Positions 1 through 13,400 of a stretch of DNA of 64,000 bases are shown here, piece by piece. Under the pieces are notes generated by a model. The model was not told the origin of the DNA. It searched no databases and was given only the letters and a program-made list of their open reading frames with translations. Every line of letters begins with the position of its first letter. Position 1 is the first letter of the stretch. Source of the stretch: Ramazzottius varieornatus (lineage: Eukaryota; Animalia; Tardigrada); the NCBI GenBank assembly GCA_001949185.1, contig BDGG01000011.1, positions 1,412,597 through 1,476,596 on the forward strand, written 5' to 3'. Both the position numbers and the translations under genes were made by a program.

Positions 1-220
1 CAGTCGGATTGAGTAGGATTTTGGTGATGGGATCAGAAATAGGCTGCGGGGCGGGATACGGGCTGGTATGCGGCGTGGCTTGAGGTGAAGAAGTGACGAT
101 GACGCTGTACTGCCCTTGGTTTACTCCAGCGTCCGTCGAAGTTGGTACTGGACTCGGCATTGTCTCTTCCACGATTAGGAGCTCCTTGGGGCTGGGCATG
201 CCGTCTGTAGGGTTCGCCAT
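1..220 (-). CDS. Caspase, second copy: 5' part of exon 1, runs off the left window edge
   Basis: Reverse complement of 1-220 matches 34031-34250 (MANPTDGMPSPKELL...). ATG at 220-218. Confidence 0.85.
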   Translation of the reverse strand, partial: MANPTDGMPSPKELLIVEETMPSPVPTSTDAGVNQGQYSVIVTSSPQATPHTSPYPAPQPISDPITKILLNPT

Positions 221-575
221 CGATCTGCAGTCTACGGATGTGTACAGTACTTCGTGATCCTGCAGGACGTTCCTTCGCTCTTACGAAAGATTGTCAAATC
301 CGTCCAAAGAAAGCACGAAAAGAATGTGAACCTCCAGTTTGCAGGGTTTGTGCCAAATTTATACTCAGTAGCCAATGAAGGCTTCTGTCGGACAGACTAT
401 ACGAAGTGCGCTTTAGCGAAGGGCGTGGGTACGTGTTCTCTGTATCTGCCGGATATGCAAAGTCAACAAGAATATCAGATTTGCCTGAGCTGCTCTGTAG
501 CCGCGCGAAGTTTATCGTAAACTTGCCGATATGTTAACAGTACCAGTGTGGGTTGACCATAGTGGAAAATGTTCC
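1..575 (-). repeat. Inverted segmental duplication of 33676-34250 (caspase 5' region)
   Basis: Direct comparison; I saw only 3 mismatches (421, 446, 560). Similarity stops abruptly at 575/33676. Confidence 0.95.
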
Positions 576-1114
576 GAGTGTTCCCAGCGAAGGCTTCTGC
601 GGAAGTATAACTTGCAACTTTTCGGGCAATAGTTTTCGAAACTTTTCTGTAAATTTGGCCGATGTCTTTTCTGTTCTTCCCCATGCCATATGTTGTCCAC
701 TAACATTCTTCCCTCTTTTGCAGCAAAGATTAGGTCCGTGCGCTGACAACAGGAAGAGAACGCTGAATTTACAGCCGCAAGAGGAAAAGTTTTTTCCTGT
801 TTTTCTGAATTTTTTGCGCACCCTGCCTGAACAGATATCAGAGCCAGTCATACCATTCAATAGAAGAGGGCTAGCTCTTCATAATAGCAGTCGGAAGTTA
901 TTTCACTGCGATTTCTGAAATTTGAAAAGCAAGAATCTTTGTTTTTCCGGGTGCAAAATCGACCTACAAAATGCGCCACTTTAGCGGGTGGCGAGAATTG
1001 AGTTCGTCCTGCCTCACAGACTTCCTGTAAGCTTTCGGTGGGCTGCTCAGCAGATACGAACTTTGGCAGCCAATGTTTTGAATGGAACCAGATAGAGATT
1101 TCGCAAGAACGTTC

Positions 1115-1171
1115 ACCGGTGTATAATATGAACACATAACTGAATGTTATGTGTTCATATCATACACCGGT
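1115..1171. repeat. 26-bp inverted repeat hairpin with 5-nt loop
   Basis: ACCGGTGTATAATATGAACACATAAC-tgaat-GTTATGTGTTCATATCATACACCGGT, 1 mismatch. Confidence 0.85.
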
Positions 1172-3010
1172 AAAGAATCTGGGCGCTGGAGAAGATTGTT
1201 TTAACGAAAGTGCCACATTTTTCGCAAAACGGCCAGTTTTACTAAACTGATTCTACAGCTTGACTAGCATTGACGATTTGATTGTCCAAGAGCATACTGG
1301 AAAGCTGAATGATGATGCATCACATTGCAATGATCTGGAAGTGAACGCTTTTCCGGAGAAGGGATATGATTTTTTGAAGTTGATGTTCAGGGAAAAGTTG
1401 CTAGTCGTCAGTCATATTTTCGCACCTGATATTACCATTACGGAATTTGTCGAGACCAGAACTGGGTGTCCGGATGCAAGAATGTGTTCAGAGAATTGCG
1501 TTCGGAATCGGTGTCTTATGACATCGAAATCTCTATTGAACTGCACCATAAATCCAATATGTTGCAGTCTGTTGCAGTACAGTCCGCTCGTTCGAATGTA
1601 CTTTTTTTTTCTATTCAAGCTTGTGGCCTACTACACTTACACCATACAGGATGTCAAACTAGATACCAAATTACATAACACATAAAATACACCATGCTAT
1701 AGTTAGCTTGATCAAGTAATCAAGCCACAGCTGATCAGCTGTTATGGAACATGGCGACCGGTCTTGTTGGCTTTCCTCATTTATCTCTTTCGGAACTGAA
1801 AAACTAGGAGTACATTTTGAACGAGCGGACCGTAGTAGATTTGGAACGACTGGTTCAAAGCTTTGAGAGTAGAAACCGAAAAGCCGGAGGATGTGAGGGT
1901 TGCTCTTGGCATCAGAACACGCCCCAGTGACGAGGTGCGCAGAAACGTTCGATATCGTATCGATGACGTTTGTCATAGGTGGGTTGAACTAAATACAGTT
2001 CCCACAGCGTACAGAACCGTTATATGTGCCATCACAGTTTTTCGGCGCATTCGGCTTGTCCTCAGTAGCTCCATTATGTGGCTTCCGAAGTTCCGAACCA
2101 CAGAGCCAGCTTAGGGCAGGACTGCCCAGTGCCCACACCCTGATGCCACGGCCATCAGAACCGTGGCTGAAACCTGCTGGAATCTCCGAGGTTCGAGCTA
2201 TGGTCCAGATACAAATCCGCAAGCGACCCTTTTAACTACGTGGAGAACGTTGTATCGGTTTTCCTACGGGGAATATCTGTCTATCGGTTATGAGAAAGTC
2301 CTGGATTTTTCAAGCTTTCATCAGAACTAAAACCCTAATAAAAGCCCCAAGTTGAGCTCTATTGTTTACTGTTCCACACTCAGAAACAGAAAGAAGAAAG
2401 AATGCAGAACATAAGAACTCCCTAAATACTAGCTAGTGGTTCTGACCACTGGGGAGCACGAGCGAATGCGTAGACGCACAGGGTTTGCGATTTCAGAAAG
2501 CTTCATCATTTGCGACATCCATTGAAATCGTGATAGACTTATAAACTCCTCGCGTCGCTCGTCCTGGTAATCTGGGTACGTAACAATACTCGCCAGAAGC
2601 GATATCAATCAAGAAAGCAGAGAAGCGCTAAGGTCCAGAGGGCAGGTGAGCCAAATAGGTCATGGACCAGAGCTTTTTGACCATTTATATTGGTCCAAAA
2701 GTTTTAGGTTCATCGTGGCGGACGGGGTCACTGATATCGAATCCAAAAATTCGGGCCCTTGGGGCCAGGAGTTGAATTTGACTGAGCTGGGCCCCATCGG
2801 CCTACTGCGTAACGCTTCCCTGCAAGAAAGCATCAGCGCACATCTGAGGTAATCCAGTCGTCGAAGAAACTGCAACAGAACCAGACCTGTCCAGTCATTT
2901 TCTGAAAACATAAAAGTAAGTGTCAACACGGCCGTAAGGCTGCAAGCGGTTCAACCTGTAGAAATCAAATGGCACAACTCACATACAGTAATAATTATCT
3001 AACTGAGCTA

Positions 3011-3415
3011 TGGTGAGCCGGGGTGATTCAAAAGTCCACAGTACTTTTATCGCGGGTGCATGCGCGGTGAGATACTTTTTCCGCGCATCCACGCGCGGAC
3101 TATGACGAGAGTTTCACCGCGGGTGTACGGGCGGAAAAACTATTTTTTCCGCGCATCCATGCGCGGTTTAACTGGTTCTCCGCGCATGGATGCGCGGATG
3201 AACTGACTTTATCCGCGGGTACATGCGCAGAGAAACTGACTTTATCCGCGCATGCACGCGCGGTGAAACTGACTTTCCGGCGGGCGTACGCGCGGAAAAA
3301 CTCGACTTTATTCGCGAGTGGATGCGCGGATAAAGTATTTCCCCGCGCATGGAGTTTCTTCGCGCATGCACCCGCGGTAAAAGTACTGTGGACTTTTGAA
3401 TCGCCCGGCTCCCCA
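3011..3415. mobile_element. MITE with ~55-bp TIRs, TA flanks and an internal array of GC-rich palindromes
   Basis: TGGtGAGCCGGG..GATTCAAAAGTCCACAGTACTTTTA at the left is mirrored at 3361-3415, with TA on both sides. The interior carries about 10 CCGCG-N8-CGCGG units at a ~33-35 bp period. Confidence 0.85.
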
Positions 3416-3801
3416 TACTGATCCTTGGACTAGAGTACTCCACTGGATAATCTGGTGGGATCCTCTTCAGACGCTTTAAATTACGCAGATACCTAGACGA
3501 TGTTTTTTAATACAGAGATCTGGCCGGAATTTTATGAACTTGGCCGACAGCTAACGAGGATGAACAGTAATGGCAAGATGGTTCCTTTATCCTGATTTCC
3601 CAATCCTGCAGCAGACAAGAAGTCGGAATATAAGCCAGTAACAGGGTGATGGAACCATCGCCGGCTGCTAAGATAAGCCGCCAAATTCTGTTGCTACTAT
3701 GTATTTTAGAGTATTGTTTGCTTCTAAATTCAGCTGCTCATATTCAAAAGGACCGCAGAACCGTTGCTACCTCTGCAATATGAGTTCTGGAGTTTCTTGT
3801 A

Positions 3802-3946
3802 CTGTAAAAATTCGCTGCGTTCGCGTAGTACGTACACGTACGTGAAGATTCACCCCCGTAAGGGGTTGCACGAGCGGTAAAGCCGGACACGAGCTGCACT
3901 TCACGTATACGATGACGTGCTGCGCGGACGCAGAGAATTTCTACAG
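3802..3946. mobile_element. Small MITE with TA TSD (Tc1/mariner-type)
   Basis: ta-CTGTAAAAATTCGCTGCGTTCGCGTAGTACGT ... ACGTGCTGCGCGGACGCAGAGAATTTCTACAG-ta, imperfect TIRs. Confidence 0.7.
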
Positions 3947-4203
3947 TATGTATTTCAGATGGTAGTCTGGGTTATTGAAGTGGACTCTGCAGCGGCGATA
4001 TCGCTCCGGGATTATTAAGCAAACGAGTAATAAATGCTTGAGACTTGCCTCGTGTGGCTTTTCCCGGATTACTGAGCTGCTCAGTCAGTCTGGTCAGTAC
4101 CCTTGCTGCCTTCCTGATGCCTTCTTCCTTGTTTCAGGGATTGTCTGGCCGATCTGCTTCTTCTTCCTGGACGAAGGGATTGTCTTGACTTCTAGCAGTC
4201 TGG

Positions 4204-4478
4204 GGCTGCGTTTCGTAAGTCGACCCTAGTTGCTAACCCGACACGTGATTGATGACATCACGGCTAAGAACGAGCATTAGGAAGATGATTGAAAAAGACA
4301 AGCTTGGACAATGAAACTGCATTGTGATTTACGCGTGTTTGATTGAATCGGGTTAACCGTGAACCAGCCTTTCCATGCTAGTTAACCGTTAACCCAGCTC
4401 CTACCCCGATGTCGACGTCACAGTCACGTGTGCAGAAGCTGGTTTTTAACCAGGGTTTTCGACATCCGAAACGCAGCC
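4204..4478. mobile_element. Tourist-like (PIF/Harbinger) MITE, copy 1
   Basis: TIR GGCTGCGTTTCG; aligns over its full length with 57145-57420. Confidence 0.85.
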
Positions 4479-4929
4479 TAGATGTTAACATCGATGTTTT
4501 GGTTTCTATCTCGTGTTGCTGTACTCTGGACGATATGGCTTTGTTCGACGACTTTCTTCCATCCGTTCTTATGGTACACCTGCGTTAGTATTATGGACTT
4601 CTCTCTGCGTTCTGTTTCCTGCTCTGTTGTTGTCGTCACTTATCCGCGTGAAGAGCAAACAGAGTGAATAAACAAAAATCATTATTTTGGGGTTTTCAGG
4701 CCGAGCGAAGCGACGCCCTTTTAAGTCTGTCGAGATTTCAATGGACGATCAGATTCTTCGAGCATTCAGATATCGCAACCTCTGTACTGAAAACAAGTGC
4801 GCAACTTGGTCCGAGTAGTAAAAGTTTTTACTCGCAAGACTTGTGCTTCTTTGCTTCTGCTCGGCCTTCCCAGTGGTCAGAACCACTAGCTAGTATTAGG
4901 GTTTTTGTCTCTGTAAAAACCATGGAAAA

Positions 4930-5500
4930 TTCATACCTTTTTCAGCGCTTGCTGGCGTTGGCTGTGTAGTAGGCTTTTAGCCGTTCTTAGCCGCGGCTAA
5001 ACCATCAAATACAATGCGACATTCGGGAGCCATGAGTTGGGACTTTGGATTGTGCTGTGTAATCCAGGAAAGCGTGGTCTGACTCTGACTCCAACAAAAT
5101 TCGGGTGGTTCGGTGGGTTGAGGGGTTAGGGGTTCCATTTTTTTGCAGTTTGTGCCGTTCTGAGGCAAAGTTCACCGCGACCAAAGCACAGTTTATGTTA
5201 CAAATACCCCGCCTGGATGTCCGAGCATCCCAATCGCGGTGAAATTGCTAATTCTTTGAACGCGGGAGGATACGGGAAAGAGGCTTTTCTCGAGACGCGC
5301 TGCAGCAAAACACGATTGATATTCAGTCTGTTACTTTCTTCGCGCCCACTATCTGATGTCAGACCTTCAAAAGAGTTTTTCCAGGCGTAGAAACAATGGT
5401 TTCCGGGTTGGTCACAATTGAAAATGTTTGCGTTCTTGTGCTTCTGCAGAATATCAGGTAAATTTCCATTAGTCCAGGTTTCCATGACTTTAGCGATCGC
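4930..5500 (-). pseudogene. Degenerate pogo/Tigger (DDE_1-type) transposase fragment
   Basis: W-x4-LPDILQKHKNANIFNCDQPG resembles the pogo 'IFNxDETG' motif. Downstream frames are broken (PPAFK, KAYY-like remnants). Confidence 0.5.
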
Positions 5501-5807
5501 GCGATCCGCTATTTGATTACCAAAGATATCAAGGCGCACATCGAAAGTGACCGCAAATTTCAGAGCAAGATGATTTACTCTCCAACTTGCGCGTTGGTGC
5601 GAAGTAAGGTACTATGTGTTAATTCACCATCAACTGTAAATGAATCACTGAACGCTGCGTCGTTTGTTAACCTTTGTTTCTTCTGCGGCTTGGTTTGCGA
5701 GCATCATCAAGGGACAGGTCTTGTGATATGCCTGGGAGCGGGCCGTCCCGTCCTCAGGCATGAGAAACTTGCTGAAAAAACTGGCACGCACCGATCCTGG
5801 TGATCTA

Positions 5808-6880
5808 CAGGGTGATCACTCCAAGTGACTACCACTTTGTGATCTTCATGGCTCTCTCAAATGAGTGTGTGTTCTTCCTAACAAATAGTTTTCTTCGACT
5901 AAGCACTAATTTCGCTACCTTTCAAAAATAACTTGCCCTGTAAACATGATTATGGGAAGTCGAAGTTCGACCGGAGACTGGGGAAGGTGCATGCAGGAAG
6001 CTGCTCCGGAGGGAACTTTTCGCTCCTTCTGACTCCGCAAAAAATTTGTATCTCACTCGTTTAACGCTTTTGCATCCGAACTGCTTTTTGGAAGTTGCTC
6101 AACTGTAGTTGAGCTAGCGACAAACAATATGCTGTGTCATCGTTGCGCACGTTGATTGGATGATACAACAAATTCAACAAAATCGCGCTGAAATATAGGG
6201 CGAACATCAGAAAACAATGTTTCGACTGGCAGAAACACGAGACGGTAGCTGACTTCATGGGCTATACGGAATGAGAGCTTTCCTGAGTACATCGAGCGAA
6301 GCTCAATCGCAGGAATACTTTCCGCAAAAACCGAGTTCGCGTGAACCGACAACTTTTTCAGCTTTGGCAGCAATTTGTGAAATTTTTTGATCGAGCTTTC
6401 TGAAGAGAGCTCGCGGTGTCAATAGTCACAATAGTAGGTGCAAGGACTGCGCTACATGGGAAGTAGTAGTAAGTCTGATATCTCGGTTTGGAGCCTGAGT
6501 AACGATCTTTGTCACGAGGAGTGGTTTCCCGGCAAATTGGCGAAATCGGCGGTTTTTATTCTTTCGCATTCCTACGATCTTTCTCAATTCTCGATAACAA
6601 CCTAAATTGTTGTTAGTCCGCAAAAGGTAAATTGAGGTTAATTACCTACACACGGAGGACCAGAGAGCCCGTTTTGTTCATGCTGAAAAGTCTTCCCCAC
6701 CGGAAGTCATTTTAACCAACGTTTCCAACCTAATGCTCGATGCATGTGAATAAGCTATGTCCCTACGAAAGGATCATAAAAAGTTGTACAAATTATCTGA
6801 AGGAACGAGACGAAAGCAAACAATTTTAATTTCGTCTCGGCCAAAGTTTCAGGTGGTGGTCACTTGGCGTGATCACCCTG
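5808..6880. mobile_element. Non-autonomous Tc1/mariner-type element (1073 bp)
   Basis: ta-CAGGGTGATCACTCCAAGTGACTACCAC ... GTGGTGGTCACTTGGCGTGATCACCCTG-ta. No transposase ORF. Confidence 0.85.
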
Positions 6881-7440
6881 TACCTCCGCACAGACTTCCA
6901 GAGAGCTGGAAAAAAGCCATTGTTCAGACGCACTCATTGTTCTAACACAGGATGCGCCTGTTCTTTTGCGTTGGAATTCTTCAGCTTTCGTCGAAGATAG
7001 CAGCCTCAACATCCGATTCACCAGAATTCACATCTTTATTCAAGACCTAATGTAAAATATTCACAAATATTTTTCCATCAATCAAGAATCCAAGTAACTA
7101 TTTCACCATCAAAAATGGATAACTTGAATGCGTGGTAAATAACATGTTGAAGGTGAGATAAAAAGTGGAAAATCGTGAAGTCCGTCAAATCGACGCAAAG
7201 AACAAAAGAGAGGAGGAACAACTTGTAATTGAATGAGCACAACGAAAACTATGGGAAGAAACAGCCTTCTCCTGCTTCGATCAGTGAGTGGCTAAGCACG
7301 TCGGTCTTGGTCACCTAGAAAATTGTGTTGGAGAAAACAGGGGGAAGTCTCTTTGGCATGCCGTAGTGTCGTTCAGTCAGGACTCAAGATCATCCATCAG
7401 CATGAAATGCACTTCCAAATTGGGAGAAGACTTTCATCGC

Positions 7441-10400
7441 TCATAAACATTCCGGCAGTTGCCGTCTTCTCCAGCAGAGCAGCACTAGTATCGATGAAAA
7501 GAAGACTAATGGTCGATGACTCTCGCAAACGGGGCTACTCGATGAACCTACGATGGTGCAGAGGAATAGTTAGTATATATTATGAATTAATCTCCTGACG
7601 GCGGAAATTGGATAAAAGGCCATTAAATCCCCATAAATTATCCTCTCACCTAACTGAAACCGTTTAGGACTCCCCTTTTTCATTCCACAACTTAAATCAC
7701 TCAAAAAAAATTTATCAAATTTTCTGGGGCTTTCCAGAGAAATCTCAGGGGTGACAGAGGATATATGGCACTTGATAATAGAAATCAGGGCACCCTAACA
7801 GACTCGCCCTTGAGCTCCTCTTTGGTTTCTATTGAAAAAGTTCGAACTTCGGGCGTTAAAAGTCACATGATAGCAAAATGGTAGCCAAGACACTTTGCAT
7901 GTGGTTTTGACTGAGCGTTCTATTGGTTTCTGTTCGGTATACGTGAGCTTCGTTCTTAGTTGGGTAACACTCACTTTTGCCGTTCTTTCCGTTGAGTGCT
8001 GCAGTTCGCGCATCCTGCATGAAGATGCGATGTTGAGTTTCCCGCGACCATCCCTGGTCATTGTGGGCCATCATGACGACCGAGTAGTTCCTCAGCGGTC
8101 GTAGGTCGTCGAAAACGTAGGTTTTCTCGTAGACCTGCACTCCACCATTCTTACTATCCGCGTGGAACTCTTTGCCATCTTCCGTGATAGTGATATTCTT
8201 TGGCTCGCCTTCATGTGTATCGTTAATCTACGGGAAGAGAGAGAGATAGAAAGAACTTGGATATAAGTGGATTTGACAGTTGCTGATATCTTTCGCGCTT
8301 GGCGATAAAGGCTTTGGAAAGTGGTGCGCATGCGGCAAAACGGGTCAAAGTGACACTTGAGGAATTTAATTAGCGATATGGATGGTCGACGGTGGTTTCG
8401 GCCAACGGTCATACTTGAACGCTCCATTACTTACTTCGCGGTAAATAATTCGGTATTCTTTAACGGGAGTGGAGGATTTGACGCTCCACGACAGGCCCAG
8501 TTTGGAGCCGGGCTGGTTGTGGTGGGCCGTCTGCATGCCCATCGGATAGGCCAAGCCTGCATCAATAACAGCAAGTTGGAAACAGAAATTAATTGTCCAC
8601 CACGCCGTCACAATACACTTGATAGACCGGCTATTCACTCTGATTTATGGACCGCAATGAAGTCTCTCCAAACTTTTATTGCGCCCAATTCATCATGGGC
8701 AGTGAATAAATTATGCCAAATGCAGATGCGGCGTTTTGAAAAGTGACAGCACAGATATTCGATACAATTTATAACAATCACACCACACAAATGACCACTA
8801 TCATGAATATGAAATTACAGGGCGAGGTTAAAATCTTCCCTTCTGCTGGTCAATTTCAGATTTCAAACATATCCTAACTGTCCACATGGGAGCTCAACAA
8901 ACTTTCTCGACGAGATCGATGTTCCAAGTAGCGCACACTGCAAACCAGTAACACCGAAAACGTGCGCCACCTGGGGGGACTCCCGAGATCGTTCCTGCAT
9001 TTGGCGCACGCGCCAGGCAAATAATACTGTAAGCTTGCGCCACTTGGGGAAAACAATCATGTCGTGTTTGTCTGCCGAATACCGAAGGTCAGTTTTAACT
9101 TTTTATGCTAATAGTCCAGTCACTTCGTCTTTGGTGTTATGAAATTTCAGCCATGTTCTTCATATGGAAGTTTTGTTACAGTACTTGCCTGAAAGTTCGG
9201 TTTCGTGTGAGGCATCGCCCAGTTCGTTTTGTGCCGTGCAGATGTACTTTTGGAAGTCAGTCTCCTGGACGTTGCGGATGTGTAGCGTCGACGTTAGCGT
9301 GTTCTCCTTTGCATCGGTTACAATTTCGTGTCGTTCATCATTTGTGACCTGTCACGAAGATAACAGATCCCGTAAATATGCATACTGTCTTCATCTCGAT
9401 TGATCCAGAAGGCAAACATTTCAAAACAACCGCACTCCACTTTCCATCCTTTCAATTCCAACATTCACTGCGACACTTTTATAATCCTTTCGTCTTTCGT
9501 TTCGCTTTCGAGAAACACATCTGGGATGCACGCTAGAAAAATGTCCAGAACTTTCACAAAAGAAGTCCCGCACTATTTTCCAGAATGGTTCAACACTCCA
9601 AAATTTTCTCTTAAATTTCTTTAGAAAGTTTGGAAGCTTTGTCATAATTTTACTTAAATTGTTCAGCATCTGCAGATATTTTCCGATTTTATTTGTCACG
9701 GTTGTTCAACAGACGGAACTTACTTCCTCCTTGGCGGAAGCATCGGCTTCATGTTCGGCATGACTTCCTGCCACTACACGATGCCACGTGAACTGATGTC
9801 CGTCGGTAGGATAAGCGTTGAAAGAGCATTCCAGCTTGGCGTCTCCACCGACTTTGGACAGGAAGACGGCGGTGCCGTCCAGGACTTCGGGCTTGTATCG
9901 AATGTTAACCCGCACGCTGTTGTTGACGGGCGCGCCAATTCCGTTATTAGCCACACAGGCATAATCACCCACATCCGCCCTGGTCAATCCACTCTCGGGT
10001 TGCACCTTGATCTCATTTTGATTGTCAAATTCAGTCAACTCTTTCCGATGGCCCGACATGTCCTGCGAAGGGAAAGAGCGATGTAAAAGATGGCAGTCGA
10101 TATCGGAAAGCCAAACATGCTAATCCAGGTTTGTTTCACCACCCAGATTATCCGACGCACAATTCATTATTCGCTGTTATCTGTAGTCGATATCCATAAA
10201 TATTTTTCTAGCGTCAAAAATTTCAGAAGTTTCGAAAGTTGCATTCTGTCATACTTATTTATCTTCAATTTAACGCTGCGAATAAAGCTCGACAAGAACG
10301 GCGCACGTTTTCACTGTTATGGGCTAGAACGTGCGCCACTTGGAGAAACCATCTTCTCGAGTTCCCTGTTCTTACAAAAGCGGCGCACGTATTCAGGGTT

Positions 10401-13400
10401 TCTGCCTGAGATGTGCGTCACTCGGCACACCAATATTTTCTATATCTCCAGTTTTGGAAATACTTGAAAGTGAAGCCTGGATTTTTCGTCGAAGTAGCCT
10501 GGGGAATACTCCTCGGGGACTGAAATCTTGTTCGGGTCCAGCTAGAAATTTGTCTGGCAGTTCAGAATTTGCTCCACTTACAGTGAAGACCCATTTGAGG
10601 GTCGGCTGAGGAAATCCCTGGACGCGGCAACTGAGCGGAAGTGGCTGGCCCTTCTCGCCACTGATTTCCTTGTCACCAGGCTGAATGTCGACGGTAGGTG
10701 GCCGGATGATGGTGACAGCGTGCACCACCTCTACCTGCTCCTCGCCGGCGACTTGACAGGTGTAATTGCCGGCATCAGCATCACTGACCCGTGTCAAGAT
10801 CAGGTTGCTCCCTTCTAGTTTCTTGTTCCGCTTGGACGTTAGCGTGGTTCCTGTGGCCAAGATCTTGGCTCCATGTTTCCAGATCAGGACACCGCTCTCT
10901 GGGTTCTCGATTTCACAGGGTAGCTCCAAGCGCTTGCCGGTCTCCACCATAAGGTTTTGACTGGCTGTCTTTATCCGAGCGGGAACTGGCGGAGTATCGG
11001 TCGTCTCTTCGGACTCTGTGGCATCGTTGCCGTTTGTCTGGCCAGCTGCGACTGCGTTCGGATCTTCTTGTCCATGTATAAAACCTGGATAAAAAAACTA
11101 ATATGTGGCAAAATCGTGGAAAATTGGCGTTAAACAAAAAACTTTGAAGTAATCGAGCCGATCAACGCACTCTTCTTTCGGGTTGCGCTTGTTCGGTGGA
11201 TTGACCTAACGGAACTCCTCAGCCGATATTTTGCGCTTGTCTAATCTTTTTTTATACGTATTTCTGGACAAGGACAGTTCAAGGATGGACCATGTGGATA
11301 TTTGGGGATATTAATAACAATGTTGGCCTGTTGGTTTTGGGTATTGGTGCCAGTGGGTGAATGGCATGTGTGGCCACGATTTCCGGAAGGTGTTTATCCA
11401 ATCGATCACCCCAATTGGCAATGTATGTTAATTTTGTTTTTGCAAAAGATGTCTAATTTGGATGGCTTTTGACCCACAGCCCGGCCCTGTCTGGCAGGGC
11501 AGAATATGGTGCTGTTAACTTGCCTTAGTGGAACTGACGCCGATGCCTTCGATGATTAATAAGGGATAGCTTGCAGCCTCCACTCCAGGAAATTTATCGA
11601 TCGACTGAGGCATAGACCATGGCTCAATGCCTCAGATGTCAGGACATTGTACAGCAGATCCTCAACCACAAATCCGCCATGGCGGCTCAGTTACGTCTGG
11701 AGGACTCCTAACGCCTAGCCTGGAAACTTGCTCATTGTCTCCAATCGATTTTCTTCCACACCGAAAAAATTTCATTCAGTCTCGTCTTTCGCGCTAAGGC
11801 TAGACGAGTGTTACGAGGCTAACTTGTAGCAGATTTCGCCCAAGCGTAACTCAGAGAAGCGACTAAACTTTCAGCTCAAAAGATAGATACACTTCGGCTA
11901 ACTGGTAAAGTCAACAACTCGACGAAGAAAAGCCGAAGAATGTATCTGAATAGAAATCATCGTGTGGATTTTCTCAGGGCAGCACAGCGGGTATACCTCA
12001 CGCTTTAGTAGGTTCACTATGCTGTGGCACTTTCAATAGCCGCTCTTGTTAACCACTTTTTCAAGCGAAACACACCACAATATTTTGTTATGGACTTTGT
12101 CTATTGAATATAGATGAAAAGCTGCAAGCATCAGCTGGCAAGCGACCTTGTCACGTTCTTTGCATGATCTCCTTTTTCAGAGACTGTCATCTGGATGATG
12201 ACGCTGTCCCCAAACATGGGGATTATGCCGATGCATATCGCCTTCTATCTCTTGACGAGTGGCCTCTTCCTGTGTTCCCCCATCGTCCACACCAATCCAT
12301 TGAGTCAATGTTGAAAGTTAATCCACTACAAGACTGGTCACTTGCAGCCATTTCATTTCCCACACACGGCCCTGTCCTATAAGCCGTTAAAAGGCTCGCG
12401 CGGACCACGACACAAAACTTATCGGGGATGAAACAAGGGCGGCACAGACCTGGCTTAAGCCTGTTTGAGTTCAATGTGCGACTGACCGGCCACCAGCTGC
12501 CCCGTGTGACGTATGCATCTTCCGTATTTCAGTTCGCTTGATTCATGTTGATTGACAAGTGACGCATGTGCAAATTATGTTTGTGCAAAAGCAAGGGACA
12601 GCGGGAAGAACATGGGCAGGATTTTGAACTGATTATTCAGCAAGACCAGCAGCTGTCCATATTAATACCATCAAGATCAAGCAGGTCGTGCGAAGAATGT
12701 CTGGCATGAGCAAACAAAGCGCCCATCCCGGCTATAACTCTCCGACCAAGTCTTCCCTGGACCACCAGGCAGTCATTTGACCACTGGGAGCACTCAACGT
12801 CAGGCCGGCTGGCCGCTTGTGAATACCAAGATGTCATTCACTCCCCAATGAGACTCGATCCCGGCTTCGGTTACCCAACAGTGAAATAAATCCGTGCGCT
12901 CCATTCGCTAGGAATCAACCTCCACCGCTCAACTGGCCACCAAATTAGCTCAAGCACTTCTCCCGATTCCCCGAAAAGTACTTTTTATCCAGATTCGGTT
13001 CAACCGGTTGATGAACCGTTCTCCTTTCGACTTCGTTGAAGGTGGCTACCAAATTTGTTGGCAGGTAAAAAGAAGAGACAAGCTTTCAATCGAATATTCA
13101 TACACTGGTCCAATTCGACCAGGAAGTACGTCAGCGTGGAGGGTCGGCGATGACGTCGTACGCTGTCTTGAGTGATTTATTGCGGTCATTCAAGTTGTAA
13201 CGTTTATTCTTGAATCGGCGTTTGTGATGACAAGTATCCCTTTGCGTCGGGCCTGGATGAAAGAATTTTGATAGAATGACAGGAGAAGGATGAGTTTGTC
13301 CATTAACACCTTCGACAAGCAAGCTGGACAATGTCACAGCGCCTTCCACCACTTTTGGAATCTTGACGAATTTCAAAGAGCTGATGCATAATAGCCAACA

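Noticed and set aside
254-520. 88-aa ORF repeated at 33731-33997
   Set aside because: It lies antisense to the caspase upstream region and recurs only because of the segmental duplication.
3045-3380. CRISPR-like look of the palindromic ~34-bp array
   Set aside because: Units are degenerate, linkers are short and similar to each other, the array lies inside TIRs, the context is eukaryotic and there are no cas genes.
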